64,000 bases of DNA from Octopus sinensis (taxonomy: Eukaryota). Position numbers and translations under genes: made by a program. Under the pieces are notes generated by a model that saw only the letters and a program-made list of their open reading frames with translations, did not search any database and was not told where the DNA came from. Shown here one piece after another: positions 1 to 12,807 of this stretch (position 1 is the stretch's first letter; the number at the start of each line of letters is the position of its first letter). The stretch lies in assembly GCF_006345805.1 (NCBI RefSeq), contig NW_021833065.1, forward strand, positions 372,001-436,000, given 5' to 3'.

Positions 1-2049
1 TAAGGGTGTTGGTGATTTTATGCTGTGCTATTTCCTCTGGTGAATCACAGTTGTTGGTATTGTATATTTGATTCTTGAGAGAAAATCTAAGTGCCTACAT
101 GCATTTTGGCCTTACAATATAATGTATCTTTGTAATGAATATACATAGTTAAAGCTGTTACTATTAGCTGTGGATTTAGTGTTGGACTAAAAATATAGGG
201 TTGGAGGTTTGCGTCAGCTACATCATTAGAAATTAAATTAGCAGTGACTGATAAATCAGTGGCAACATTTGATTTAATGTTGTAGATAGTGAAATATCTC
301 ATTCACTTAGTGTATAGCTCAGAAGAAAGCTTTAGCTCTTTATAACTTGGTCTGAGTCTATGAAAAGAGTTTGGTTTGATTTTCATGTCATTGTTTGACA
401 GAAGCTACATACTGAGTTTTGCTATAGATTTCTAAAGCTAGTGGCAATTTGGAGAAAATTTATTTTTCTATTTTTTCCATTTGAACTATTGATGCTGCTG
501 AAGGAAAATATTTGTAAATTATGGTTGATGAAGAATGTTTCCTTCATGTTGTAGATGTTAGGAGTGAAGAAATGGCAGTACTTAGGAGCGTCAGAAGAGT
601 CCCTTTTTATGACAAGTCATACAGTTGTATTGTAATTTTAAGATTTTAGATAGATGTTATGTACTAAGGAAAGTTTTTTAACAAATTAGGTAACTGAAAC
701 TTGTGCACTACCAAGATATCCTTTTCTAAGAGGTGAGGTGCAATTTGAGCAAAATTTGGTTGCTATTTCCAGTAGATTGAAGACCATTTGCAGTGCAGGT
801 TCCCCTCATTGGTCTATAAATTTCTTAGTATTCCTTACAAATGTATACTGGAAAGATTTCCTGGCTTTCTTCCAAATATAAATAAACTTTAAATTTTGTA
901 ACGAAGGGAAAACATAAGTTAATCTTTTCTTCTAGAGGCACTAGCCAAAGTAATTATGTGAAATAGTACAAGCAATTATTGAAAGTAGGTCATACAAATG
1001 ACTTACTGGGAACTCACATTCTATCTTCATCAACAACCCACTTTTAAAAATAGAACATATACATGGAAACTGCTCTTACTCTGTCTCATGTTTTCTTTAA
1101 ATTGATGTTTATTTGAGAATACTGGTCGACTGAGAATTCTGGAAGGCTGCCAGAAAACAAGGAGTGTTCATTCAAACAGTTCACTCGAGAATTGAGTCTA
1201 GGGAGTGTATCTGTTTCGGGGCTGTCAAATCAATTAAATAAAAAAAGAAGTAGCCCCATATTTTCAAAAGGAAGACCATGTTGGAAACTAACCCCAAACA
1301 AACAATTTGAAAGTAAATTTTTTAAAATTATTTCCCACATGCCCCACCATATATGAAAACTCTTTTACTTTTTTAGAAAGTTCTTTTGGATTTCCATATA
1401 TTAAACAGTGGAAATTACAAATTTTTAAAAAATTCACAAATTCGATTTTTCAAACCCATCTTCCCTCCCACATTTTCTGTTCCTCTATCCCTTTTCTTTC
1501 CCATATATTTGCCTTGTACTTTCCAAATGGGGAAGCCATGTATTTACTTTTTCAGCAAAACACTTTCTTCTGTTCCTCTATTATACTTTTATATCCTTCA
1601 ATACTGTACCCTACAGTTGAGGGGATCTTGCTTTGAAAGTACTTGATGACCTCACTAGTTTTGGGGCAATAAGAAAAGCACCCAGTACTCTGTGAAGAGG
1701 TTGGCATTAGAAAGAAACTATCCCAAAGCAGATACTGAGCTTAGAGCAGCCCCCAGGCTCATCAGTTCATATCAAACCATTCAACCCATACCAGCACAAA
1801 AAAAAAAATGTTAAATGACAATGATGTTGATGATGATAGCCTGCTAGTCAATTCTAATTTTCTTTGTTGATAATTAAACATGATATTCAATAGGATTTTT
1901 ACCTTTAAAATTTAAAACTTCAAGACATCAAGAATTCAATTCTTCTCTTCCCTAATTTCTTCTTCATTTAGATGTAGATGCTTGAAGCATGTAGCTTTAC
2001 TAGGAGTTTAAATATCAGCAACAAATGTTGTTTGAGTTTTATTTTTAGT

Positions 2050-2500
2050 CTTAAAATTGATAAAAATAGATCCGATCCAGTGTAATTTTGGAGGAGGTTA
2101 CCTTTGAAAACACTCTTTCAACTATATTATCATTTTCACAGCACACTAAATAATTAATGCATCTTCTTACAAACTTGACAATCTAGAAACACCAGCTGCA
2201 TCTTTTAGTGTTCCTAACCCATCAAAAGGAATTCCTTCAGGAAATATACTTTTCCAAACAAGTATAAACAGTCTTTGTAGTGTTTGTTGTTGGGAATCTT
2301 TTTTAATGAAATTTTGCTGGATGAATGGCTAGAGAACTCATATCTAAAGTAAATTTTCTTCATGTAAGGGGTACTGTTGTAGTAGTATGGGGGCATGTGC
2401 TGTAACAGCATGTCACTGCATCCACCATTTGTTGGCAGTTCCCTATTCTTAGCAGAGGAACCTTTGCACCACTCCTGTGACAACCCTCTGACTCAGGGAT
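2050..2500 (-). mobile_element. Highly decayed RTE LINE reverse transcriptase remnant
   Basis: Frameshifted AI(H)PA..., TLQRLFILVWK and KGNLLQNYTG resemble RTE AIPAEI...LWK...KG...NYRGISL. Confidence 0.45.
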
Positions 2501-2648
2501 CTGCTTGTGTGGTACTGTGATTCAGTTTCCTTTTATTTCAAGAATCATATATTGTATATTTAAATTTCTTGTAATGCAAAACTTCACACTTCAGCTCAGA
2601 TGCTATAGTGATCGAACATTCGTTTTTGGAAAAGCAAATTAATGTTTT

Positions 2649-3320
2649 CCTCATCTGGCACCTGTGTCGGTGGCACATAAAAACACCATCCGAAGACCCG
2701 GCAAGACTAGTCAGGCCATAACCTGTGGCCCCTACCTGGGACGTAGTCAGTCCACCTGTGCATACCTTCCTTCTTGTGACACTTGTGAAGACCTGTTGAG
2801 GCAAGTGAAAATCAAAACAAATCAAAATAGATGAACATCAATGGAATTTGTATCTTTGTGGTACCAGTGCCGGTGGCACGTGGCACACAAGAAACCATCC
2901 GAACGTGGCCGTAGCCAGTACCGCATCGACTGGCCTCCGTGCTGTGGGCACGTAACAAACACCATCCGATCGTGGCCGTTCGCCAGCCTCATCTGGCACC
3001 TGTGTCGGTGGCACATAAAAACACCATCCGAGCGTGGCCGTCTGCCAGCCTCGTCTGGCACCTGTGTCGGTGGCACATAAAAAACACCATCCGAGCGTGG
3101 CCGTTTGCCAGCCTCGTCTGGCACCTGTGTCAGTGGCACATAAAATCACCCACTACACTCTCGGAGTGGTTGGCATTAGGAAGGGCATCCAGCTGTAGAA
3201 ACACTGCCAGATCTGACTGGACTGGTGCAGCTTTCGGGCTCCCCAGACCCCAGTTGAACCGTCCAACCCATGCTAGCATGGAAAGCGGACGTTAAATGAT
3301 GATGATGATGATGATGATGA
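2649..3320 (+). mobile_element. 5'-truncated RTE LINE 3' end (ORF tail KTRQD*, tandem-repeat 3' UTR, (GAT)n tail)
   Basis: Same terminal 200 bp as the RT-linked copy at 50800-51757. Confidence 0.85.
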
Positions 3321-3779
3321 AATTCACTGAACTCAGACCTCATAAAAATTAGGAGATGTACCATATGGGGAGTGTGAGGGAGATATTTAGAGATAGCAAG
3401 TGATGTTGAGAGGAACTGGAGGAGCCTGCAATGAGTGGGGTGGCAGAGATGGTTGCGGGTAAGTTTTGCCAGAAGACAAAATTATGTGCATATGTGTGTG
3501 TGTGTGTGATGGGAAGGGGAAGGTTATAACCATGAAAGACATGCCTATATGTATGGATGGCCACAATTTCACTTAGCTTTACATGTCTTCTCAAACCTTT
3601 TTCAAGAATGCTTATTGATAAAAAAAATGGTAAACTTCCTACATTACTTTAGAATTTTTTAGGATTGATGCAATATTTCAGTAGTTTTACTTATGCTATT
3701 AAGATAAATGTAGACAGCCATTAACAATGATGTTCTCCAACACCTTAAATATCTCTTTTTCTCACCCACTCTTCAATAG

Positions 3780-4080
3780 CTAATAATATGACTTCCATAG
3801 ATCCAGATTCACAAGTGGGCTCTTACTTGAAGGAAGTTTGGTAAAAGCAATATTGTTGCCCAAGGCTTTAGCAAAGCTTTCAATCATGTTTGGTATGCAA
3901 TTCTCCAATCAAAACTTCCTGCCTATAAACTCCACTCATCTTTCATCCTTTGGACCTGTCAGATTGCATCATTGAAGCATGTTGACTGAGCTTCTTCTGT
4001 CCTGCCCACAATCAACTCTAGTGTACTCCAGGGTTCAGTTTTGTCCCCCATGCTTTCTATACATCAATGGTGACACTATT
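3780..4080 (+). mobile_element. Decayed CR1-clade LINE RT fragment
   Basis: FSKAFNHVWYAILQSKLP...INSSVLQGSVLSP..LYIN motifs. Confidence 0.7.
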
Positions 4081-4099
4081 CTTGCCTTCTGGCAGGAGT

Positions 4100-4800
4100 G
4101 TGAGAGTCATCTGCTGAGCTTTGAGCCCTTCTGGTAGACAAGCAAGTTTTCATACAAAATGTGACTGAAGGACAGACATTAACAGTCTTTAAATGCTCCT
4201 CAACACTCAAACAACTTGTATCTACTGCTAGACACCATCATCTAGTCCTTTTTTGTAAGGAATGTTTCACTGAAGGCTACCATGTCCGCCTTGTAAAGAA
4301 ACAGTTCTCTTGTAATCAGTGCAGTTCTATTCATTTCAGTGTTGTCAAAAATGGATACCTACATTGCAGGTACCTAGTGTGAGTACCATCTCCTGTCTTC
4401 TCTGTTTTTTAACAGTTGAAGTAGGATCCAGGCTAGTTGCAGTTTGCCAGCGAGATTTAAATAAACCAAGATGTTTAAAGCAAGCAGATAATTTGTGGAA
4501 TTACAGATGAATGTTGGGTCCAAGTGGGAGCCATGGTGGAGTAGGTGTCCTGAAATGGACTTGGCGGGCTTCCTACCAAAGCTATTATTCCACCATATAC
4601 ATAGAAATAGAGGGAATGTGGAGATACTACTGATTATGAATATCACTCTTAGCAGGCGCTGTCTCAGGAATTTTTCAAAGAGAGGGCACAAGGTCGGAAG
4701 TGAATACAATTCCAGGAGAAAAGGGTGTAATTATTTAGAAGGATGCACTTCTTTTCTTGAGGCATATGCCCCTCAACACCCACTCTCACACCTTGGGTCC
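4100..4800 (-). mobile_element. RTE LINE 5' region (AP-endonuclease N-terminus and leader), decayed
   Basis: MVLTLGTCNV...RTALITREL..YKADMVAFSET; leader boundary uncertain. Confidence 0.65.
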
Positions 4801-5329
4801 GTCTCTGCTGTCAACTTCGCAGAGGAGGTCTAATAAGACCAAAATATGTTCATATGGCAATAACATATGACAAGCGAATGCTTTTATGGAAACCTGTCGA
4901 AATCTAGCGAGATCAGGCAAAGACGGCAGCGACAAACCGGTCACTGTGTACCTGGAATATATCCAGGATCTAGAGGCAGTGATGTTGGACCGAGAGGTGT
5001 GACGGATGAACTTTGTTGCTGCAGCCCGAGTTGGAACAAGACCATAGAGCGAGATATGTCCATTGCTAAAGTGAAAGTTAATTCTTGTTCCGATTATACC
5101 CATTATTTCGAACCGCACATGGATAAAAAATATTATATAAGAGGATTACGTGGGATGGGAATACATTTGGTAGGTAGAATCGTAACTAAATACTAGACAC
5201 TTGGCATTCTGAATTCAAATCTTGTCGATGTGAACTCTACCCTTTTATACTTCCAGGACCAATAAAATAAAATATTAGTCAAGTATCGGGTTCCTAATTA
5301 TCATTCTAGGTAAGAATGGAATTAGTGAA

Positions 5330-5498
5330 GACCCCGTTAGAAAAGTACCCGGACCGAAACTATTCAGTGCTTCGCATGCTGTCACCAAATACGCATGCGT
5401 AGACTTGTTTGTTGTTGAGATTCAAAATTTAAGCGTGCTACGGCATGTTGTCTTTCGGTTTTAATAACATTCCAAGCTTTCTCTCCTTTTATATGTCC
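5330..5498 (+). promoter_or_regulatory. Candidate CEP83 promoter and non-coding first exon
   Basis: Locally CpG-rich; perfect palindrome TACGCATGCGTA (5390-5401) resembling NRF1-type sites; donor cc|gtaagt at 5499 followed by T-rich intron-like sequence. Confidence 0.45.
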
Positions 5499-6038
5499 GT
5501 AAGTCTGACCTTTTATCGTTATTCTTTACTTGATTATCAAAAATGAAGATTTGGGTGTGTAAATTATAACCCAAAATATATGTATGTAATTGTTGCGTAA
5601 ATTGTTTGTTTGATGGACTGAATTGAATGTTAGTCCTTCGTCTGTATATATAAGAAATATATTTAGACGAAATAGTTTAAAACTGCAGTACGTTTTTGCT
5701 GCGAAACCTACTGCTTGATTGCATCCTCTCAACACTTTAAGTTGCTGTCAGCCACACCCGGTTAATGTTTCTCTAGACACTTGCCGTATTGTACATACTT
5801 CCATCGGGTTATTTGTTGTATGAGTGCGGTGTACAAACCCTTCAAAATTGTTGCCATAGAAGGTATATATTTATTGCTGTAGTGAACCGGTGGATATATT
5901 TTTAAATTGAAATAATTTTCTTTTAAGTTAACCTTAGTTGTGACCATATCCTAACTGAAGTAGCTACAACCGAGCATCGAACCGTGTCGCAGATTTGGTT
6001 TTACAGACACATCTGTCATTGCTATAAGCAAACATAAC

Positions 6039-6055
6039 ACATACACACACACATA

Positions 6056-6135
<80 letters not shown>

Positions 6136-6166
6136 CATACATACACATATATATACATACACATAC
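6039..6166. repeat. (CA)n/(TA)n microsatellite
   Basis: Long pure TA run of about 70 bp with CA flanks. Confidence 0.95.
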
Positions 6167-7229
6167 TTTATAGGTGTCTCAATAAACATTAATTCAAATG
6201 AAACTCAGAATCTTTTTTTAGGAATTTTTTTCTGATTTTCATGAACAAAAAAATTAAAATTGATTTTTAAATGGTATTTTCAAATATTTATTGCGTCCAG
6301 AACTTTTCAGTTGATATTCTTAAGAAATATTCGTTGACTTAAGACATTAATCCAACTTTTTTCACCTTAAGCTTTTTTCTGTGATAGTGATGATAATATT
6401 TACATTATCACAGACGTCACATAACTCATTTTCGTGATGCAATAGAAGTGATGAGCCGTTATGTCATAGAAGTTGAAATGTGAAAAACGGTCAGTTTATT
6501 GATTCTTCAATCACATTTTAGTGTTTTGGTGATAATTTTAGTTTGAGTTACAGTATTTTATATCCATTTAGACATTTTATTTTGTCTTTGTGCAAGAAAT
6601 TTAAATTTTCCAATAAATCTATAAACAATCTGATTTATGATTGTTGCGGGCGTTTTGCATTGCCTGTTTTTTTTAAAGATGTATTTACCAATCATAGAAC
6701 CGGCAATATGATATCATTATAATAATTAAGTTGATGGCCACCTTACAATATTCATATCTGGCGCCTACCTTCTGAGTTAAAATCCTGTTAAAGTCAACTT
6801 TTTCGATAAAATATATGCCCATTTTGTGTTTATTTTGATTTAATAGACGATGCCATTGCTTTATATATGTAGTCTTTTCCCAAGACTAACAGGCTTTTGA
6901 AGGTCCTTCCAGACTGAAAAGCGATGCAGTTGACTTTCAGTTGGAATTTCTGTAATTCAACTCTTGTATAAAAAAGAAAGAAAAAACCCCTCTTACTTGG
7001 CCGTTCAATATTTAATGTTTTAAATAAGAATCATTAAGTATTGAGATGGCTAGAGTTGAAATGTTTTGGGTTTAGATCGCTCTAATTTTTGTCTTCCACT
7101 CATTAACGAGGATCTCTTCAGACTAGTGCACAGTCTTAACATAGGTAGGGCCATATTTTAATGACTGTTTCCTTTCTTCGGAGCCAGAAGATAATTCAGC
7201 CCCCAACAGTAAATTGACGCAATAAAGCT

Positions 7230-7620
7230 CGGGTGACACCCACCATGGAGTACTGCATTCATATCTGGGATGGTGCTGCTACTCACACAGATATCTTAGA
7301 CTGCACCCAGAAAAAGGTCACTCAGCTGATTGGTATGAAGTCACAGGTATGCTGCAGCATTTGGCACTCCTCTCTCTCTGCCTTTTCTGTCACTACTGTA
7401 ATGGCCTTTGTCTGGACTTGTTCCACCCCAACTCAAGCACTCCAAACCCAATGTCTCCCTTCTTCTTTGTTCAACTGCTCCCCACCCCACTCGAACAAAC
7501 TCCACATTAATCACTAGCCCCTTGTGCTTCCTTCTTAGATTATTCCTCTGGAATTCCTTCCCTGCTTCTGTAGGTTTTGACTTACAAAGATTCAAGAGGA
7601 ACATTAATGGCATTGATCTC
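7230..7620 (+). mobile_element. Decayed CR1-clade LINE C-terminal fragment
   Basis: PTMEYCIHIWDGAA...LDCTQKK...FLDYSSGIP, typical of the post-RT region. Confidence 0.6.
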
Positions 7621-8872
7621 CCTGGTCTTGGAGCACCTGCAAAGACTTGGGCACTGCCTCTTCCTCCAGATCCAGTAAGTGAAAGAGAAAAAAAATATCA
7701 CAACAGCAACATACATAGAGTGCTAGTTCTTGAGTAATTCAACTCTGGAATAATGGGGAAATCTGTGTAGAGTCCTGTAAATGGAACACTGTAGACATCA
7801 CAAGAGATTTTTACCTCAAGTGGGTTGCAATGAAGGTGTATGTAGATTAATAATCCAAAGGAATAAATAGCATTGCAATTGTAGTGGAAGAGGAAGATTG
7901 AAGGAACAGCATGTCTGTATGTGAGAAGTTGTAGACAGTTGTTGGGTGAATCTTTGTGAATCAGCCAAATTGCCTTTATAGTAGTCTGTAATGTGTTGCA
8001 GTACTTTCCTGTATTTTCCTAAATATGTGAGCATATCCAATGATTTGTAAAGTGTCAGCATTCAGGCCAAGCCTAGGAGAAAGCATATTAACTAAAATAT
8101 AAGTTAATCTGAAGACATAATTGTAGAAAGTTATTAATAGAATAACAAAGTGGCCAAAAGACAAAATGATTAAAAACATATTACAGTAAAGGTAGAATAT
8201 TTGTCAAAATTTTAATATTTTTTTAAAGAAATAAGTGAAAATAAAATTATAACATAATGATTTATTGATATTGTAATCAACTGTCATAATGTTTTGACAT
8301 GTGAAAATAAGACAGAATTCAAAATTTCAAAATACATAAATGCATGCAAGTGAAATATGTGTCATCAAACATGTACTAAAAAAGTTCTCAAAACTTTTAG
8401 AAATAAACAAGCATTCATACAAGTGGTAAGAGTGCTGTAATCAGCAAATATTCTTCCCACTGAGGAACAACTCAAGAAATGAAATGTCATTCCTATTTAT
8501 TGATTAAAGTAGACTCTCAACAGTAGCTGAAAGTACCAAAAAGTGTCTGATTTACTGATAGAACAAAAATAAACATGCTGTACACTGAAGCTTATAGGTG
8601 AGTCAATATTTTTTAGCCCAGAATTTGACAATTTGATGGCAGTCAGCTTCATTGGTTAGAAATTATCATGTGATGTGCAAAATTGGTTAGGCTGCAGAAA
8701 CTTATTTTTGTTTTCAGGGTTTGATTAAGATAAATCTGCTATAAAAAAAAAATGTCAGGTAATACAGGATACAAATATACACACACACTGTTTCCATCAT
8801 TGCATTCACTTGCTGTTATGGAGATTCATGGTACTGAATTTGTATGCTCATAAAAAGGGGGAAATAAGTTAT

Positions 8873-9600
8873 CATCATCATCATTTAATGTCCATTTTCC
8901 ATGCTGGCATGGGCTGGATGGTTTGACCAGAGCTGATAAGCAGAAGAGCTGCCCCAGGTTACAGTCTGATTTGATTTGGTTTCTACAACTGGAAGCCCTT
9001 CCTAACACCAACCACTTTATAGAGTGTGCTGGATGCCTTTTATGTGGCACCAACACAGGTGCTTTTAAGTGGTCCCAGCACAGGTGCTTTTACGTGGAAC
9101 CAGCGCATGTGCTTTTACGTGGCACCAACATATGTGCTATTGTGTCACCAGCATGGAAGCTTCTGTCTACATCCATCCCTATCACACAACCAAACCAGTA
9201 TGGTCTTTTCTCTTGCACATTACATCTAATTCCTCTTATGCCTAACTTTTCTCTTAACACACTAGTATGCTGTTTCACATGTACACTTACATTGCACATC
9301 CAATGGAGTATACTAGCTTCATTCCCCTCTAGTTTTCACATGTCCTCTACATTCAGGACCCATGTTTCACTACCATGTAGAATTGCTGGTCATTTATATG
9401 CCTCGTACAATCTTCCTTTCACTCGAAGAGAGTGAGAGAGAGATTGAGATTATTTGTTGCCAACAGAGGTAAAAGCTCACTGAATTTTCTGCATCCTATT
9501 GTTATTCTTGCAATTATACTTTCTGTGTATCCTCCCCCACTACAGATTAGGTCTCCTAGGTAGTAGAAATTATCCACTGAAGGGATTTTAACTATAATGG
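8873..9600 (-). mobile_element. Old 5'-truncated RTE LINE (RT C-terminus, 24-bp-unit array, 3' end)
   Basis: VDNFYYLGDL.CSGGGYTESIIARI...FSELLPLL; (CAT)n end at about 8873. Confidence 0.75.
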
Positions 9601-10194
9601 AAACAAAGTATGAATTTCAAAGACTACTGGTCATGTGGAGTTAGTATTGTTCTGTGTACATTATCATGCAAAACTGAAGATATATCACAAAAGAAATAAC
9701 TCATGATCAACCAGGCTCCACAATCTTAAGTATCATGTTAAAGGCAAAAGGAAAATGATAAAGAAACATCCCAAGCTCCAGGTGCGCTTTTTTCATGATA
9801 TCATTGTAAAATTTCCTCCAAATTTTTTACCCTATCCTCCATCAAATGGTATTCATCTGGAAAGAAATTGCCATTTATCACTTCTTCTGAAGACCTCTGA
9901 ACAATCAAGGAAGATTTTAAAACAAAAGAAATTGCAAGACTGGTGAGCCTGCTAATGGATTGTAGAGTCGTAGAAACAGTAGACTATGGAACTGAATGAC
10001 ATTTAGTATTTTGTTACATCCTTTTATGTTCTGACTGACTTTAAATTCTACTGTAGTTGACTCTGCTTTTTCTTCTGGAGTCAACAAAGTACAAGGTGTT
10101 CAGGCTAAATTTGACGGTTTGCATAAAAGGAAAATAAAGCACAATATCCCATTCAAAAAATAAAAGTATTTTAAAAAGTTGAAAAATATCAACT

Positions 10195-10680
10195 AGTTTG
10201 TGGCTAGGTAATAACAGTTTACTCAAAATAGCCATTCTCAGCTTCCACCACAGTGCGAAGACAGCTCTGGAGCCTGGCACGTGCATTTCTCACTGTGTCC
10301 CTGAAAAGATTCTTGAGTATCTCCTTGATTGGCCACCAGCTTGCCCTTGGTGTTGCAAGCAGAGCAGTTGGTGTCTTTCTCAACTGTGCCCAACACATAG
10401 TAATCCATGGAATTTCAATGGGAGGAATTAGGAGACCAGAAATTGCAGCTGGTGAAGTCATAAAAATTCTTCAACAACTACTTCTGACTTTTTCCAGAGG
10501 TATGGTAAAGAGTCAAATCTTGCTACCACACATATAGCCTTCCAGCAGCAACTCTCTCCAACCAGGGTTTGACCAGTCTCTAGCAGCCTCACATAGCTGT
10601 CTGAATTGATCCTAAGGCCTTGGCAGCATGGCATCCCCTTCACTAGAAACACACACACAGATCATCAAAGTTTGAGGGAA
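10195..10680 (-). mobile_element. maT/DD37D-like Tc1-mariner transposase C-terminal remnant
   Basis: VSSEGDAM, GLRINSDSYV.LLET, IKEILKNL...RARLQSCLRTVVEAENGYFE. Confidence 0.7.
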
Positions 10681-12607
10681 CTTGGTTTTGGAATATGTAG
10701 GACATTGCATGGATTGTAGGCAAGCCAACTGTTATTCTGGGTGTTGTGCAGCTGGTCCTGGTAGAAGAACCAGATCATTCTTGGTTCAACAGGATGCCTA
10801 AGGAGTCGTACAATGGGATTGAACCTGAAACCACATGGTTGCAAAGTGAACTTCTTAACTATTGCCCATTGAAGAGAATTAAATAGAAGTTTAGCTGCAT
10901 ATTAAAATATAAAATTGAATGAATTGTTTACTATGAGTCTATAAGAATTTCTTTTGATTAGTCACAAGATTTAAGATTTACAGGTGAGATAGGAAAAGGT
11001 TTTGAATATTTAATAACCAAATTAAGTCAAAAAGGGTGAAAAATTAATCTACCATTGTGTAATCTGGTAAAACCAGTTTTAGGTATATAATGCAACTATT
11101 TTGTTTTAATATTAAAAAAATACTTCAAAAGAACATTGGAAAAAATTTCTCAATCAATCAAAATCTAGTTTATAGAGTTGTTAATGTTTGGTCGACATAG
11201 TTACAAATATCATCCATTAGTAAAAAGGAAAAAAATAAATTTGCTTCAAGCGGAGTTAATTCTGTATTGCAAAAATATCAATATATTGATTAACTGGAAC
11301 AGTGCTGCTATATCATTGATACACAGCTTTTTAAACCTATATTGATTGGCTTACTTTTGACCAATCAAAATCTATTTGGCCTTGTTAGTGCTAAAGCAAT
11401 TAGTAACTTAACATATCTGAGTCACAGTTATTGTTTGTTTAAAACACTTTATAACTGACCTTATGGCCAAGAGTTCATTATGTTGTTCTTCTGGACATGG
11501 CATATATGTTTGCCTTAGTTTATCTGACTGACAACAGATTGTTTCACTTTTATACTGTTGAGCTTTAATTCTGTCTTTTATTCTTTCAGGGTCATTAAAT
11601 AAAGTACCAGTCCTGTACTAGGGTCATGTCTTCTTTTTCTATATCTTCTCAATAAGAAATTGGCTGTGTTCAGACCTGCTGAGGGAAGGGCTCTATCAAG
11701 TTTTAAGTTGCTGAACCTAAAACACCGTATTTTATAATAGCACCCTTTTGACTTCATCAAGAGTTAAGGGCTTGTGAAATGAAAGGAATAAGATACAAGT
11801 AAAATATGAAAATTTACACTAATTTAACATATTTGTGATAAAAAAAAAAGTACAGCTCTTTTAATTGTAGTCTTTCAATGAATTTTCCTAAAAGATAGAA
11901 TAAATTGATTTTCTGAAAGAACCCTCTGTCAGACAGATATGAAAAAATATTTATGATGGTACTGAACTGTATTGTTTCAGTGTGTTGTCCTTATAGATGT
12001 ATAATGTAGATATTTTCCCATAGTAATTTTAAATGATATAGAAAAGTTCAAATGCATTAATTTTTTTAAAAGAATTATATTATTTTAAAAAGGACATGTC
12101 CTAATTTAAACATATAAAGAAAAAAAATTTCCTGCACAAAAGTTTATGAAAGTATTTGACATAATGCTTGGAAGATAAGTTTTGTTAATTGAAACAGTAT
12201 ATTAATGTTAATAAGTCCTCAATATTTGTTGGAAAGTATTTTGGAACTTACTTTCTTTTATTAATAATTGTCTTGTTGGCTTTCAATAGGATGTGATCCA
12301 TTTAGTTTTTGAGGCAGGTTAGCTGAGTAAAAAAGGTATTAGATTATCTTCTCATAGGTCATGAGTTCAAAACCACTGGCTGGAATGCCTTTTTACATCA
12401 TTCCAAATTTACTTTGCTGTCAGAAATAAGTACAAGATCATAGAGGAATATTACTTGCAATGCACTTGTGTCCTGTCCAAGACAAGGTTTATCACTCATT
12501 TACTCAATACTATAAAATTGAATATATATGATAGCTGCTTTTGATAATTATTAAAAAAAACTTTCTTTCTTTTCAATTTCTACAGAATATTGGATAAATC
12601 TTCTTCC

Positions 12608-12807
12608 ATGCTTGGAAATACAACAGATAGTGAAGCTGGTTCAATGGCCAGTCATGTTACAGCCCTGCCTCCGGTTCCAGCACGGCTTAGCCAGAGTCTG
12701 CCTATTAGAGGATTTGAACCGGAAATACATAAACAGCTGAATGAAGAGCATACACGAGCTGAACAACATAGGCAGAACTATGAGCGGCTAAAAGTACAGC
12801 ATTCACG
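12608..12807 (+). CDS. CEP83: CEP83 coding exon 1 (acceptor before 12586)
   Basis: tttctacag|aatatt; MLGNTT...NYERLKVQHS R; donor CG|gtaatt. Confidence 0.85.

Noticed and set aside
1-900. Stop-riddled minus-strand frames with a faint integrase/LINE flavour
   Set aside because: No motif is clear enough to assign a family.
1007-1221. Two possible minus-strand exons (1086-1221 and 1007-1040) phase-compatible with the exon above
   Set aside because: No recognisable homology, they depend on the rejected exon, and chance open frames of this size are expected.
2171-2328. Apparent minus-strand exon PFIQQNF...SRLSS with good AG/GT sites
   Set aside because: Neighbouring frames give RTE RT motifs (AIPA.., KG..NY.G), so it is better explained as decayed LINE; no host protein was recognised.
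2860-3145. CRISPR-like repeat/spacer appearance
   Set aside because: Eukaryotic context, no cas genes, short variable loops, and arrays embedded in a LINE 3' UTR; reported as a structured tandem repeat instead.
4786-5118. 110-aa ORF with GLSLPSL resembling an R2/Hero-type RT thumb motif
   Set aside because: No upstream RT motifs or downstream CCHC/RLE signature; the similarity is too short.
12581-12589. TACAGAATA at the CEP83 acceptor, similar to the METTL16 UACAGARAA motif
   Set aside because: One mismatch, no supporting hairpin, and common by chance at YAG acceptors.
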